From Lepidodermella squamata (Eukaryota; Animalia; Gastrotricha): DNA of 64,000 nucleotides. The notes under the pieces are model-generated. The model saw only the letters and a list, made by a program, of their open reading frames with translations. It did no database searches and was not told the origin of the DNA. Position 1 is the stretch's first letter; every line of letters starts with the position of its first letter. The DNA is taken from contig JBLDXI010000007.1 in NCBI GenBank assembly GCA_047495785.1, positions 2,790,001 to 2,854,000 of the forward strand, written 5' to 3'. This document shows, piece by piece, positions 62,721 to 64,000 of this stretch. Both the position numbers and the translations under genes were made by a program.

Positions 62721-62875
62721 TTATTATTATTTCTCGCTTTCTCATTCTACACAACTCTGATATTTGTGATTTAAGGCGTTGTGAATTGAATAAAACAAAC
62801 GAATAGTATCAAGTTTCTCAATATTAAAAATAATTTTTATTAATAGGCCAGATTATTATATTTTGTAACCCAAAA

Positions 62876-63462
62876 ATGGCGACCGGATTCCGTTCGAATT
62901 CAAGGTTTGTTTTATTTATTTCGAATTTTGACCTAGACAATTTAGCCATTATTAACCCTGAAGTATCTCTGATTTTTTTCGTATTTTTGTGAGGTTTGTG
63001 TGAGATTAGTGATTTTTCACTCTTAATAGTCCGTTTTGAGTCGAGGCGCGGTTGACTGCCCTGGACTAAAGTACGACGCAGTCATTTTCGTGTCTCTACA
63101 CGGAAATAACCTCATACCATGACGCAGCAGAGCTAGATTACAAATTTATGATCTATTTGCCGCGCGTTAATGATCGTGGCTTTCATGAGCGCTCATGCTT
63201 ATTCGATATTTGGCCGTTTTTTTCACGGACATGCTATCATAAGATACGGGCTAATGTGATTTTAACGCTATTTTTAGCCAAATATGCTATTTTTGTTGAA
63301 ATTCTGGCAACTCTCTTGACTAAACTATTTCTGCTGATTTTTTTCATCCAGGACGAATGAATGCGAAAGTTGGTCAGAGGCGGTTTCTTACACCGGCCGC
63401 AGCCGTCGCGAAAACGCAGACAGCGACGATTTTACTGGATCACGGGCCTCGAAATGTGACAG
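62876..63462 (+). CDS. Probable first two exons (62876-62904, 63352-63462) of an unidentified downstream gene
   Basis: AAAAATGG start 155 bp after the TAF1 stop; AG|GTTTGT donor, in-phase TTCATCCAG acceptor, open frame to AG|GTAAAT. No homology recognised. Confidence 0.4.
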
Positions 63463-64000
63463 GTAAATGTTTTATTGATACTCAGTTATTTCCTAAATTT
63501 TTATCATTATTTACCATCTACGGCTATTCAAACATTGGGCCTAAATTTCGTATTTGGCGCAACGCCGATATATTCCGTGTGCCACTGTAGCACAGGGTGT
63601 GCAGGATAGGATAGCAGAGTTACAAAAATCAGACCCGATCAGACCTGGGTTCAATACCCCAAACTTGGACCCTGGTGCAAACCCGGCGCATTCTTGAATT
63701 TTTTCTTGTTCAGGGAGGGAATTATGGTGGACGTTTGGACTTTTTTCACCCAAATTTCGCGGGACTCATTCGGCTTTCCCACTATAAAGTGAGGGCCCAC
63801 AGTTGGGAACCCAGATGTAGATATTGCTAATTTCCACCATGCTTATGTTTGCGGAGGCTGGAACGGGTTTGAACAGAAGTTTTGACAGGTTTTTTGGACT
63901 AGGCTTAAAGTCACTGTCGCTAGACTCCCATGTGCTTTCCGAGGTCTCAGCAATTGTAGCCTTTGTTTTAGCTGCAGAGCGACCTTGCCCCATATTACTC

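Noticed and set aside
63541-63993. Minus-strand ORFs at the right edge
   Set aside because: Short, with no recognisable homology; cannot be assigned without downstream sequence.

Overview
This is eukaryotic (invertebrate animal-type) genomic DNA with many introns of about 50 nt, so the ORF track mostly shows single exons or antisense shadows. It has three zones. (1) At 1-12 kb, an Fe65/APBB gene (minus, runs off the left edge) lies divergent from a tightly packed plus-strand trio: CAML/GET2-like, COP9 subunit 7 and CNOT3. (2) At 12.8-40.5 kb is an apparent extracellular-structure locus. It holds six paralogous secreted Gly/Ala/Gln/Asn-rich proteins sharing an unrecognised core of about 45 aa (HADAQQAAGRYDHAASLLAASERTSAxAEQxAGDFDxG), five of them with TATA promoters. 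They enclose a fucosyltransferase-like gene and three intronless secreted fascin-like beta-trefoil genes that may be horizontally acquired, and a canonical fascin follows. (3) At 44-64 kb is a second tight plus-strand run: a TGF-beta-receptor-like pseudokinase, an ankyrin/SOCS-box gene, a small basic protein, TAF1 and a probable further gene. Spacers of 69-272 bp with unpaired splice acceptors suggest SL trans-spliced operons. Introns contain MITEs and remnants of Crypton, Harbinger and Gypsy elements. All homology calls come from motif recognition by eye; no searches were run and the organism is not identified.
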